In this document: positions 48,255-58,737 of the stretch, piece by piece
Position numbering within the stretch: position 1 is the stretch's first letter
Layout of the letters: each line of letters starts with the position of its first letter
IMG/VR virus record: IMGVR_UViG_3300027715_000011
Coordinates: 1 to 64,000 of that record
Reading direction: 5' to 3' (one strand)
Length of the DNA: 64,000 nt
Source of the DNA: a virus
Lineage: Duplodnaviria > Caudoviricetes
Made by a program: the position numbers and the translations under genes
The notes under the pieces: model-generated
Told to the model about the DNA's origin: nothing
Database searches by the model: none
The model's input: only the letters and a program-made list of their open reading frames with translations

Positions 48255-50192
48255 ATGGTAGATCTTCGCAAGGTGTATGTCACCAAGAATCCTAAGCTTG
48301 CACCGAAGGGTGCCAAACTCATCACAACCAAGAGGAATGCGGTCTATTACGATACTGATGATCTTAAAGGCGTAAAGACGAATGATGTAAAACCATCAGT
48401 TACTACACCTGAAAAGAAAGATACCCCTCCAAAGAAGAAACGGTTATACATAAAAGAGGGAAAGAGGTATCATCCATCCTTTGAGGTGAAGAAGACAAAG
48501 ACCGGGAGAGGGTATATCGAGTATGACGGGAAGAAACCTGCTGAATATACCGGTATAGACTCACTTAATGATTTAACCACTCTCCTTGAACAGAAGTCTG
48601 GTGATACTACAGTCATTCAGAAGTATAAGAAGTTGTATTATAATGAAGAATTGTCTGATAAGACAAATAGGCATATATCACGTTATGTTTTAGAGAATAA
48701 ATCGTATAAAGTATTATCAGTCGGTGACGATATATTTGAGTCATTAAAAGGATATAAGGGGGAGGGTGCTATCTCTGATGGTGTAGGAAATACTATAGCT
48801 ATTATATACAAAAATAACATTATTCAACCATATAGGGGATTATTGGCAGTACCTTATATATCTGCACGAAGGTTACGGGAGACACAGAAGCACCCACTTC
48901 CTCAGGATATGATGGAGAGTATCATCTCATCGGTAATGGCAACCGATCATTATGCTCAATTTGGTGATTATGATCCATCATATGATAAGATGATTGATTA
49001 TTATCGATCTATTCTTGGAAAACAGGGTTCCCGGGATGTGGCATTGAAGGCTATCCTGTCACATTATGACATTAATATGAATGACCTGTATGCCAGTCTT
49101 AAGACAGCACCATATGACAACCCTTCAGGATGGTTATTCAATCAGATTAAGAAGGATTACCCGGAAGCGCCAAAAGAATTACTATCATCATTGAAGAAGT
49201 CGTTATCGAGTGAGAACTGTTTTAATGATGAGTTTTTAAAAACAGTATCAAAACTGGCTCATTTTTATGATCCAAAACTTGATTTCGGAAGTGATCATAT
49301 TGCAAATAATGCAGTTCAGATCTGTAATGATGGAATATATCTGAAGTATATGAGTGATGGCGCCCTGAAGTGTAAGAATTTTGGTATACTTGACAATATC
49401 ATCTTTAAACTTGATGATCAGAATATCCATACAAAAAGACAGGATCTCTATAAAGTAGTGAATGAGCATGGAAATACAGTTGTATACCTGCGGAAAGGTG
49501 TGAACGCTCTCTCAAAAGAGTCACAGTTTGATATTATTCATAAGGTTATGGGTGATCTCGTCTACGAAAAGTTGAACAGTATCGGTGCATTACCGTTATC
49601 AGATCTCTTCACTGATGATCCTGAAACCAGGAAGGATTTGTTTGTTCAGACGTTTATAAATCAGAGTAAGGATGCTACTACGTTATCTGATGATGATATT
49701 AAGAGAAGGCATGAACTGAAAGCATTAGTGTATAATAAGATGTATACCGATTCTCCGCTGGTATATTTCAATACCACTCCTGAAGGTATGAAGAACAAGA
49801 GTATGGTAGATGATCTTGCACAACGATACAGTGATGTGAGTAAGAATGCAGAGCATGCCCAGCGGTTAACAATAAAGCTGCGTGAGACTATCGATCCTGT
49901 TGAGAGAGCACGTCTGGAGAGAAATATAGCAGAAGCATTAGGGTTATCTACTGATGAATCATCCCGGGTTGCAGAGTTGAGATCCAAGTCTGAACAGATA
50001 AATCTTAAAGCAACTGCATTACAGGAAGAGTATCTGAAACGGGTGAACGGTTACTGTGAGCAGACCGGTGCCGATCTGGATGATGTGCTTGAACGGCTTC
50101 CATTACTGGATCCTACAGCGGATAAGATATTTAAAGAGTTTAATGAGTTATGTAGGCAGGCTTCAGAGTATAATAATAGGCTCTTGCATTAA
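48255..50192 (+). CDS. 645-aa hypothetical protein with N-terminal shared motif and C-terminal coiled coil
   Basis: MVDLRKVYVTKNPKLAPKGAKLITTKRNAVYY, with a second degenerate copy KRLYIKEGK. Confidence 0.8.
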   Translation: MVDLRKVYVTKNPKLAPKGAKLITTKRNAVYYDTDDLKGVKTNDVKPSVTTPEKKDTPPKKKRLYIKEGKRYHPSFEVKKTKTGRGYIEYDGKKPAEYTGIDSLNDLTTLLEQKSGDTTVIQKYKKLYYNEELSDKTNRHISRYVLENKSYKVLSVGDDIFESLKGYKGEGAISDGVGNTIAIIYKNNIIQPYRGLLAVPYISARRLRETQKHPLPQDMMESIISSVMATDHYAQFGDYDPSYDKMIDYYRSILGKQGSRDVALKAILSHYDINMNDLYASLKTAPYDNPSGWLFNQIKKDYPEAPKELLSSLKKSLSSENCFNDEFLKTVSKLAHFYDPKLDFGSDHIANNAVQICNDGIYLKYMSDGALKCKNFGILDNIIFKLDDQNIHTKRQDLYKVVNEHGNTVVYLRKGVNALSKESQFDIIHKVMGDLVYEKLNSIGALPLSDLFTDDPETRKDLFVQTFINQSKDATTLSDDDIKRRHELKALVYNKMYTDSPLVYFNTTPEGMKNKSMVDDLAQRYSDVSKNAEHAQRLTIKLRETIDPVERARLERNIAEALGLSTDESSRVAELRSKSEQINLKATALQEEYLKRVNGYCEQTGADLDDVLERLPLLDPTADKIFKEFNELCRQASEYNNRLLH

Positions 50193-50230
50193 AGGAGAAG
50201 AACAGCCTGTCTGCTATTGAAACTGAAATA

Positions 50231-50827
50231 ATGGCATTAACGGGGGGGTTAACGTCTGACACTCCATTGATAGTGAAACAGTCAACATATCCTGGATATA
50301 CAGATATCCCTGATAAAACTGCATTTAACAAAACAGTAACGCATGTGAGTGATTGGTTTAGGACTCATGTTTCAGAGTCGTTATGGAATAAGATACGATT
50401 ATCAGCAGGGGTTATCACTAGCGGTAGAGCGCATTGTAACAGTAATACCAGTGATGGGAGTATCATAGGGATATCTAAAGGAGGATTTATAAGCGCATCT
50501 ACGCTCATTCATGAGATTGGTCATGCAATAGAGCATGATAACCCAAAGGTGAAATCAGAAATTAACGAGTTTTATAACCGACGTACTGCCGCATCAGAAC
50601 TATCCAGGTTAAAGGATATACTTCCTTCATCAGGGTATGATAACGATGAATATACAAAAACTGACAGTTTTCCTGATCCCTACTGCGGAAAGGTGTACAG
50701 TGATCATGCCACTGAACTCCTCTCGATGGGGTTGCAGTTTATGTACGAAGACCCAAACTTATTTATGAAAAAAGATCCAGAATACTTCAACCTGATATAT
50801 GATATCATGAAGGGGTGTTACGTATGA
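50231..50827 (+). CDS. HExxH zincin-like metallopeptidase-domain protein 3
   Basis: IHEIGHAIE...GY...E....D.FPDPYCGKVY...TELLSMGLQF. Confidence 0.78.
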   Translation: MALTGGLTSDTPLIVKQSTYPGYTDIPDKTAFNKTVTHVSDWFRTHVSESLWNKIRLSAGVITSGRAHCNSNTSDGSIIGISKGGFISASTLIHEIGHAIEHDNPKVKSEINEFYNRRTAASELSRLKDILPSSGYDNDEYTKTDSFPDPYCGKVYSDHATELLSMGLQFMYEDPNLFMKKDPEYFNLIYDIMKGCYV

Positions 50828-51093
50828 GATTCTGGTTATGGTTCGGGAATCATAAGGTCTATGCAGACTTTGATGGTACTGAATGGACTGCTGAGTTCCC
50901 GGTGTTTACCCTTATACTCAACAGACAGATGCCTGCTATTATAGAGGATATGAAAGGACGATACACTCCTATCCCTGAACTCTTTATCATGAACAGTATC
51001 AATGCAGCATTAGAGCAGTATAGCCTTAAACTTGAGCCTGAAACACCGTTTGTTATCACCGGTGAGATGCCGTGGCTTGAGTCTACAGTATAA
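50824..51093 (+). CDS. Stand-alone partner (immunity-like) protein
   Basis: ATGA overlap; FDGTEWTAEFP.F..ILN resembles the N-termini of 44018 and 45652. Confidence 0.6.
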   Translation: MRFWLWFGNHKVYADFDGTEWTAEFPVFTLILNRQMPAIIEDMKGRYTPIPELFIMNSINAALEQYSLKLEPETPFVITGEMPWLESTV

Positions 51094-51132
51094 CGACCTC
51101 TTTTTATCTTGTAGTATCAGGTAATATGTGAT

Positions 51133-51753
51133 ATGGATTTCAGATCTATACGCCAGAAACTGTTGGTTGATCTTGCACGAATATATGTCACGCATGGTAA
51201 ACCCATCCCGAAAGGGGCAGTGATTCATAAAGGCGCCAGGAACGGTGAGTGGTATGAGTCAACTCGTGGAACTACGCGGATGGATCCTGACTACTTAAAC
51301 CGTACATCGAATAGACATAATGATAAGCAGTATGCCATGGATTCTTATGGTCATGAAGAGGCATTTAATCATGCTCTTTCATGGGCATCAAACGGTGATG
51401 GAAGCGAATATGGATATAAATCACCTCATGAGTTCAAGAAAGGAGTAAAGAAACTGACTGATTTTATATCAATGTATGGATCATATCCTGAGTTTGGTGA
51501 GATGCAACGTGAACTAATGACTGCTATGAGAGATTCTGGATATAATAGTCCGTTTTCAAAATTGTGTAATTACTTCCTTGATCATTATGATAGATTTAAA
51601 AAGGAGAGAATATCACGAAACCCTGATTACAAGACTGGTGTGGGGAATGATACTGATAGATCAGAACATAAACGTAATACATATGGGGAACAGTGGCATT
51701 CTGAAGATCACCGAGTGGATAGGCGACGTAACCCAAAATATAAAGATGAGTAG
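51133..51753 (+). CDS. 206-aa hypothetical protein with N-terminal shared motif
   Basis: LLVDLARIYVTHGKPIPKGAVIHKGARNGEWY. Confidence 0.75.
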   Translation: MDFRSIRQKLLVDLARIYVTHGKPIPKGAVIHKGARNGEWYESTRGTTRMDPDYLNRTSNRHNDKQYAMDSYGHEEAFNHALSWASNGDGSEYGYKSPHEFKKGVKKLTDFISMYGSYPEFGEMQRELMTAMRDSGYNSPFSKLCNYFLDHYDRFKKERISRNPDYKTGVGNDTDRSEHKRNTYGEQWHSEDHRVDRRRNPKYKDE

Positions 51754-51768
51754 CACCAAACTCTTTTT

Positions 51769-52173
51769 ATGGCAATAATAGTCATAGATTTTGACAATAC
51801 GATAACATCAGGCGAATCCTATCCGGCCTGTGATCCTATCAGACCTGGAGCGCCAAGGGTTATCAACAAATATTATGATCAGGGTCACTGTATCATTATC
51901 AATACCTGCAGGTGTGGAGAACCGCAGGATGACGCAGAGCAGTTTCTGATAGATAACGGTGTTAAGTTCTGCCATATCAATCAAAACTGTAATATTCGGA
52001 TAGAACAGTATGGGAATGATACCAGGAAGATCGGTGGAGATATCTTCATTGATGACAAGGATATTCACGTTATCTGCAGTGATTATGGTATTGACTGGGG
52101 TATGATGGATCTTAAGATATCGATGGCGTTACGGTATATTAATGCGACACCTTCCAGATGTAACCGGTATTAA
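51769..52173 (+). CDS. HAD-superfamily phosphatase (capless)
   Basis: IVIDFDNTIT (DxDxT), IINTCR, KIGGDIFIDDK. Confidence 0.85.
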   Translation: MAIIVIDFDNTITSGESYPACDPIRPGAPRVINKYYDQGHCIIINTCRCGEPQDDAEQFLIDNGVKFCHINQNCNIRIEQYGNDTRKIGGDIFIDDKDIHVICSDYGIDWGMMDLKISMALRYINATPSRCNRY

Positions 52174-52210
52174 TTTGTATTATATTTGATATATTACCGA
52201 TTACAAACAT

Positions 52211-53341
52211 TTGTTCGTGGAACTAAATAAAATATATTGTGGAGACTCTTTGGAAGTATTGAAGACATTTCCTGATAACTCAATAGACTGTGTTGTAACT
52301 AGCCCTCCTTACTTTTCTTTGAGATCTTACCTTCCTGAAGATCATCCTGATAAAGATAAAGAAGTTGGTACTGAAACGTCACCTGAAGAGTATGTAAACA
52401 CTCTTACTATATTATTTAGAGAAGTGAGAAGAGTATTATCACCATCAGGTACATGCTGGTTAAATTTAGGAGACTCTTATGCTTCTAATGGTATTTATAT
52501 AGGGGATTATCTTAAGAATAAACCCGATCATACTGATTTACATACGAATCATGCATCAGCATACCCTCAAAAACTTAAAGGATTTAGAGGTGGGGAATAT
52601 AATATTAAAAAGAAAGATTTATTAATGATGCCTCATCGAGTGGCTATTGCTTTACAAATGGATGGGTGGTATGTTAGATCTGATATTACATATCATAAAA
52701 AAAACTGCATGCCATCCAGCGTTAAAGATAGACCAGTATCTTCAAAAGAGTATGTATTCCTTTTAACTAAATCACCCGAATATTATTACGATTGGGAGGC
52801 TATAGCCACAGAACCATCAGATAGTTATGTAAAAGATAAAAGACCTCAAGGTGTAATACGCCAGCGAGTGAATAAAGTATCAAAGTATCATGATTGTGAT
52901 TCAAAGATTGCTAAACAATTTATTAAAAATCCATGGCATAAATATTGTGATGGGGAAATAACTGAAGAAGAATATTTAGAATGGCATAAGAAACGATTTA
53001 ATATAGAGGATGATACACAACGTAAGCAGGATGAAGTTGGTAGATCTGATTATACTGGATTTAATGATAGATATAAGCCAGTATCTAAAGTGAGAAGACG
53101 AGATGTATGGTCTCTGACTGTTCCTGGTAATAAATTAAAGCATTTTGCGATGATGAATGTTAAGCTTATTGATCTTTGTATTAAAGCCGGGTGCCCGGAA
53201 GGTGGAGTAGTTCTTGATCCCTTTATGGGCGCTGGGTCTGTAGGGCTTGTAGCCAAACAACTTGGAAGAAATTATGTGGGAATAGAACTAAATCCAGAAT
53301 ATGTAAAAATAGCAGAAGATCGAATAAATAATGATAGTTAA
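52211..53341 (+). CDS. Beta-class N4-C/N6-A DNA methyltransferase
   Basis: VVTSPPY, KHFA, VVLDPFMGAGS..L.A...GRNYVGIE. Confidence 0.92.
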   Translation: MFVELNKIYCGDSLEVLKTFPDNSIDCVVTSPPYFSLRSYLPEDHPDKDKEVGTETSPEEYVNTLTILFREVRRVLSPSGTCWLNLGDSYASNGIYIGDYLKNKPDHTDLHTNHASAYPQKLKGFRGGEYNIKKKDLLMMPHRVAIALQMDGWYVRSDITYHKKNCMPSSVKDRPVSSKEYVFLLTKSPEYYYDWEAIATEPSDSYVKDKRPQGVIRQRVNKVSKYHDCDSKIAKQFIKNPWHKYCDGEITEEEYLEWHKKRFNIEDDTQRKQDEVGRSDYTGFNDRYKPVSKVRRRDVWSLTVPGNKLKHFAMMNVKLIDLCIKAGCPEGGVVLDPFMGAGSVGLVAKQLGRNYVGIELNPEYVKIAEDRINNDS

Positions 53342-53390
53342 GGTAATATTGTAGAAACAAATAAATACTACCTATTGGAAACATTTAAGT

Positions 53391-56040
53391 ATGCGTGAAG
53401 TAGAACGAAATGAGCGTGCTCAGTTTCTTGATGTAGCAAAGGGAAGAGTCAAGCGTATCGGTCAGATTCTCACCAAGGCAAATGCTACCATCAAGTCACT
53501 TGAAGATACCAGGGATCAGTTAAATACTGTTATTAGCCGTGACCTTTCTGAACAGGGAGATGTAACGGTTGTCAAGAATCTTATCAAGAAGATGAACATG
53601 GCTCTTGATGATCTTGAACATACAAGCTGATCACTTGTATAGATATCATTAACTTATTTTACAGCATATATCCAGTATGGATATTGTGATGCAGATAACA
53701 CCAGATACAACGTATATGGATGTTGTCAGGAACTATCAGATGGATAAGGATCTGGCGCATGCCAGATATGAGGTACTGCTTGATATCATCAGATGGGATA
53801 AGAAGAAGTCATCAAAAGACGAGTATATTGATGCAGCAGATCGGTATATTGCTGACCATACGTCAGAGTTCCTTAATACATACCGGAATACATCGGTTGA
53901 TATCGAGATACCGTTCAGGGCATTTCTGTTCAGCATAGCCAGGTCACGACGTACCTCGTTCTTTGGAAGAGGAAAATTCGACTGGCACACCGGCGAATGG
54001 CCTGATTTCTGGAAGATAGTAGGATTTGAAAGTTAATTTGTTGTATTATTTATATAGATTAAATAGAAACTATGTTGTATGGAAGATACATCCTTTATAT
54101 CAGTAATTGAGAAAGTTGACAGGATCAACGAACAGATGAGAGATGCTGCGGTAGGGTTAACCCAGACTGAATGGTTTTACATCGACAAACTCAGGGATGA
54201 TCCGCTTACAAACTTCAGTGCATACATTGATGCGGTAAATGAACTCCATTATCATGTAGAGTCGATCCTTAACTTTGTGAATGCAATGAATGAGGATCTC
54301 GGCATCACCCCTCTCAACGACTGTTGATGAAACCGTTTATCAGACATATACGAAATATCCCGGCTGGTAACCATATACCCATATTAAATCCCATAGAGAA
54401 AGAGGATAACGGGGAGGTTAAATTACAGGAAACTCCCAGGGTGTTCTCATCCGACGATGACCTTCTGATAAAAGAGAAGGAAGAGAAGGACGAACATACT
54501 AAATGGTATGGGTATGATACAGTTAATACGAAGACAGGAATCTATAAGAAAGAGTTTGTGAGGAAGTTATGAAGTGTAATATGTATATTGTTGATTGGAT
54601 CGGTAAAGACGGAAAATCAAAAGGAACAAACGAGTCTTCATTCCGTTCTGACCAGGTATATTCAGGACGAATTACCATAAGCGGGCTCACTCCGGAGCAG
54701 GAAGAGGAGTTACAGTCACGTATGGATAATGGTCAGCTCGTAAAACTTATTGTGGAGGCTGATGAGTAATGTACTTTGTAGGAGAGAAAGGTACCATAAC
54801 ACCGGTCGTTGATGTCCATGCCGTTATTGCATATGAGATACGGGAGGACGAGAACGGCTGTACCATTATAGCAAAGACGTTCAGGCATGATCTTGATTAT
54901 GTGGTAAAGAAGACGAAGACTGTTGATGAAGCACTTTCGTGGATCAAGAGTCTGGAGAAACAGGCAGATACCATAGGATCCAGACATAAGGTGATTGAAG
55001 ATGTTTGAGCCACAGGTGTTTGCAGAGTCTACCATAGGCTCTCATCTCTGGTCTGACACACCAAACCAGGTAAAGAACATCACCGAGATCAGGTTTTATC
55101 CGTCAAAGGCTCTCCTGTTGAACAGAGTATCAGATGAACTGATATTCCTGCCAGAGCAGTTGACTAGGTTCAACAATACCGATGGTATCAAGGAGGATAT
55201 CCTCAGATATGAGATAGCAGGGTTCATCTCATCTCTTGCAGCAGGAAACTGGGCATCGTTCATCTCTCTGATCAGTAATATCGTAGCAATACCTGATGAG
55301 AAGTACACCAGTCTCTGGTATGATCTCAGAGATGTAGTTATCTCCCACTTTCATGAGAACAAGATCCTGTATGATGGGTTTGTTGATGTCATGAATGATG
55401 TAAAGGAGTATCCTGATATCATCAATAGGAACTGCAGTATTGTAGAGCAGATTCTCGCTAATAAAGAGATTGACTTCAAGAAACATACAAAGGTTACTGT
55501 TGAGAAGATATCTGATAAGTGGAGTAAAGGTATCAATGATACCTACCCGATGCAGGTATTCCAGCAGGATCTTATGAATTGGCTCTATGAGTTCAGGTTA
55601 TACTCTATCGAGGAGAGTAGATGAAGGACCTCTACATCGTCAACAAGGATGGTGAGAAACTATTGTCAGTGATAGATGGGTCATCGGTCACATACCTGAA
55701 CATCAACTCACCAGATTTTGATAAGTCATTAACACTGATACTGCTCGGAACTGCTGTTACGGTGTTATCTGGAATCCTGTCATCTGATCCGAAGGTGATG
55801 TATAAAGGAGTACCTATCACGGTACCATGCTACTCATCGATCACCATTGTGGGTGAGGTAATACTGGCGTATTATGGTATTGAAGGTACTGCCAGTTACC
55901 AGGAACTTACAACGAATACATTATATGCGCTAATACGCGATCGTATTGCAAATATAGAGTATAAGATGAAGGACATTGATATAGCACAGACGACCAAAGA
56001 AACATCAGATCGTATCTTATACATCGGTGGATTTCATTGA
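53391..56040 (+). other. Run of eight short hypothetical ORFs (53391, 53677, 54079, 54324, 54569, 54769, 54995, 55621)
   Basis: Tightly packed, often overlapping start/stop codons; no recognisable motifs. Confidence 0.55.
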
Positions 56041-56076
56041 TTCTTTTTTATAAGTAGGGTTGTTGACCTATGATCC

Positions 56077-56436
56077 ATGGAACTGAATGGTCATTGGGGG
56101 ATCCATACGATCCTCGATATAACAGAGTGTACAGACCGTATTGCAGAGCGTGACACCATTGAGCAGTATGTCAAGACCCTGTGTGATGACATCCTTGATA
56201 TGAAGCGGTTTGGTGAGCCTACCATAGAGCGCTTCGGTGATGGGGACAAATATGGTTATACACTTGTACAGCTCATATATACATCAAGTATTACTGCACA
56301 CTTTGCAGAAGATACCGGATCCATGTATATCGATATCTTCTCATGTAAACCATATAATCCAGATGCTGTGTCAGATTATACAATTCAGACCTTCGGTGGC
56401 AAGATAGTAGCAAAAGAGGTTATATATCGTGGTTAG
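56077..56436 (+). CDS. speD: S-adenosylmethionine decarboxylase-like proenzyme
   Basis: WG.H.ILD...C, DM...GEP....FG...GYTLVQLI.TSSIT.HF...Y.DIFSCK.Y. Confidence 0.8.
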   Translation: MELNGHWGIHTILDITECTDRIAERDTIEQYVKTLCDDILDMKRFGEPTIERFGDGDKYGYTLVQLIYTSSITAHFAEDTGSMYIDIFSCKPYNPDAVSDYTIQTFGGKIVAKEVIYRG

Positions 56437-57661
56437 GAAGAATTGTAAACAGTGTGGGAAACCATTAAAACTCTCCCCATATAAAGCGAAAGAGTTCTGT
56501 AATAGAAAATGCGAAACATTATATAAAGAATCACACAATCTTATAAAAAAGAAATGTATAGGATGTGGCTGTATATTTGAGGTAGATAAGGCTCACAGAC
56601 ATCAAAAATACCATAGCGATGATTGTTATCATGTAAACAAACCGAAAACTTAATATATAACGTAATAGAAAACTATTTATTATGGAATGTGACAAGTGTC
56701 AACATCATAGTGAATGGAAAGGCGGGCCATTCGATAAGATCCATTATTGTTGGTTTACCGGCAATCAGGTAGAGATGGATGAGAAGTTTGTATGTCCTGA
56801 TAAGAAAGATACGATAACACCTATTCTGAAAGACGTGATCACCTTCTGTTCATCATGCAATGCCATGGATCCGGCTTTTATATCTGACTATCTGTATCAG
56901 CAGGCAAAACAGTTTGAATCTATTGCGTTTGATAACAAACCTAATACTGATAATAAACTGAATCGGGATAGGCTTGTAATGCAGTATGATGCAGAGACCA
57001 ATACCAAGAAGTTCACTATATGTGACAGCAGGTTCTGTAACGGATGCCCGTCACATATAGTAACAAATCATGATCAGGTATTCTTTTGTAAGAGTCTTTC
57101 CAGTGGGTTTGTAAAGAATATCATCGTCGTTGATGGACATGAGATGATAATCAGACCGGAGGAGTGTAAAAAATGAACGCTGATGATGAGAAGGCGATCA
57201 GGCAGTATATCGAGAAGATAGAGGATATACTCGAACGATCCCCTATCAGAACCGGGGATTATGTCATGAGTAAGATCACCATCACCGGGATTATCCAGGG
57301 CAATAAGTATCTGGTGAGTGATGTAATCGAGACACAGGATGAGAGGTTCCTTGTTTTGAAAGGAGAGACCTGCTATATGTATACAAGCAGTCCATATACC
57401 TATCCAGGGCCAACAGTTACGTGGGATACCACTCTGATGTCTGGATCAACTCCTACCATAACCAGCGACTCATTTAAGTATAACTCACCGGCGTATTCAG
57501 AGAGTAAACCGTTGAACTCAGTTGATGGTACATCCACGTCAAATGTTAAGGACTGGTTAAATGGTAGTGTGTCATGGTATTCAACTACCGTATCAGGTAA
57601 CTATATAGTGGTTGTACCTGAAACATTAGTAGAGAAAGTTGTGAGTGTGAAAGTAGAGTGA
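56429..57661 (+). other. Three hypothetical ORFs (56429 Cys-rich, 56682 Cys-rich, 57173 Ser/Thr-rich)
   Basis: Coupled ORFs; CxxC motifs in the first two. Confidence 0.55.
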
Positions 57662-58737
57662 TCGAGAATACCCGTATACCAACATATTCAGACTGTGTTA
57701 ACTTGGTAGAGTCAAATGTTGCCTTCATCAAGAAGATTGATGTGGTGAATGATATCCCGGTTGCATCGTTTAAATATAAGCTGGCTTCATATGGGGATTT
57801 CATATCCACTCCGTTTGCCCGTAATATGAGAGGCATCACATTCAGGGAAGATACAGAAGAACTTCTTGCGTTACCATACTTCAAGTTCTTTAACTATAAT
57901 GAGAACCCGCTCACAGAATCATCAAAGGTTGATAAATGGAATATCAATAAGATACGGGATAAACTTGATGGATCCCTGGTATACTACTATCAACTTGACG
58001 GTGAAGTTATGGCAAAGACAACGATGTCATGCGAATCATCAATGGCTGTAGCAACACTCTCAATGACTGATATAGAGCATATCAGTACATTCGTTGAGGC
58101 AGGGATTACACCTATGGTAGAGTATACCTCACCTGATAATCATATTATTGTACCGTATCAGACAACCAGACTTACCATGCTTGGTATGAGGGATATGCAC
58201 ACCGGAGAAGTATATGACTATGACCGGGGAGTATACCCACTTCCTGATGAGTATAGCGACGGGATGCACTCAACATCGGATATTATACGGTTCTGTTCAA
58301 CATATGAGACTATCGACAGGGAAGGGTTTGTTGTCACGTTTCAGAACGGAGAGATGGCAAAGTTCAAGACTGATAGATATAGGGCGATGCATAAACTCAA
58401 GGATTCACTATCATACTCCACAATTGCTGAGCTTACGCTTATGGAAGGGTTAGACGACATGATCTCGCTCTTTTATAATGATCCGGTGGCGTTGAATAGG
58501 ATCAATACGGTATCTGCAGAGGTGCGGGATACCTGGAATACCTTGTGTAGTCAGGCTGAATCATTCTACAATGATACTTATACAAAGGAGAGAAAAGAGT
58601 ATGCACTCTCTGCACTCGACCGGTTTGGAAAAGAGTCTCTGCAGTTTGGATATGCGATGAATCTGTATAATGGAAAGGATAATATGGATAAACTTAAGCA
58701 GTCGTTTCTGATGCACCTAAAGGAACAAGATAACTGA
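57658..58737 (+). CDS. T4 RnlA (Rnl1)-like RNA ligase
   Basis: RGITF...KFFNYNE, motif I DKLDGSL, EYTSP.N.IIV.Y, EGFVV, KFKT..Y. Confidence 0.9.
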   Translation: MIENTRIPTYSDCVNLVESNVAFIKKIDVVNDIPVASFKYKLASYGDFISTPFARNMRGITFREDTEELLALPYFKFFNYNENPLTESSKVDKWNINKIRDKLDGSLVYYYQLDGEVMAKTTMSCESSMAVATLSMTDIEHISTFVEAGITPMVEYTSPDNHIIVPYQTTRLTMLGMRDMHTGEVYDYDRGVYPLPDEYSDGMHSTSDIIRFCSTYETIDREGFVVTFQNGEMAKFKTDRYRAMHKLKDSLSYSTIAELTLMEGLDDMISLFYNDPVALNRINTVSAEVRDTWNTLCSQAESFYNDTYTKERKEYALSALDRFGKESLQFGYAMNLYNGKDNMDKLKQSFLMHLKEQDN

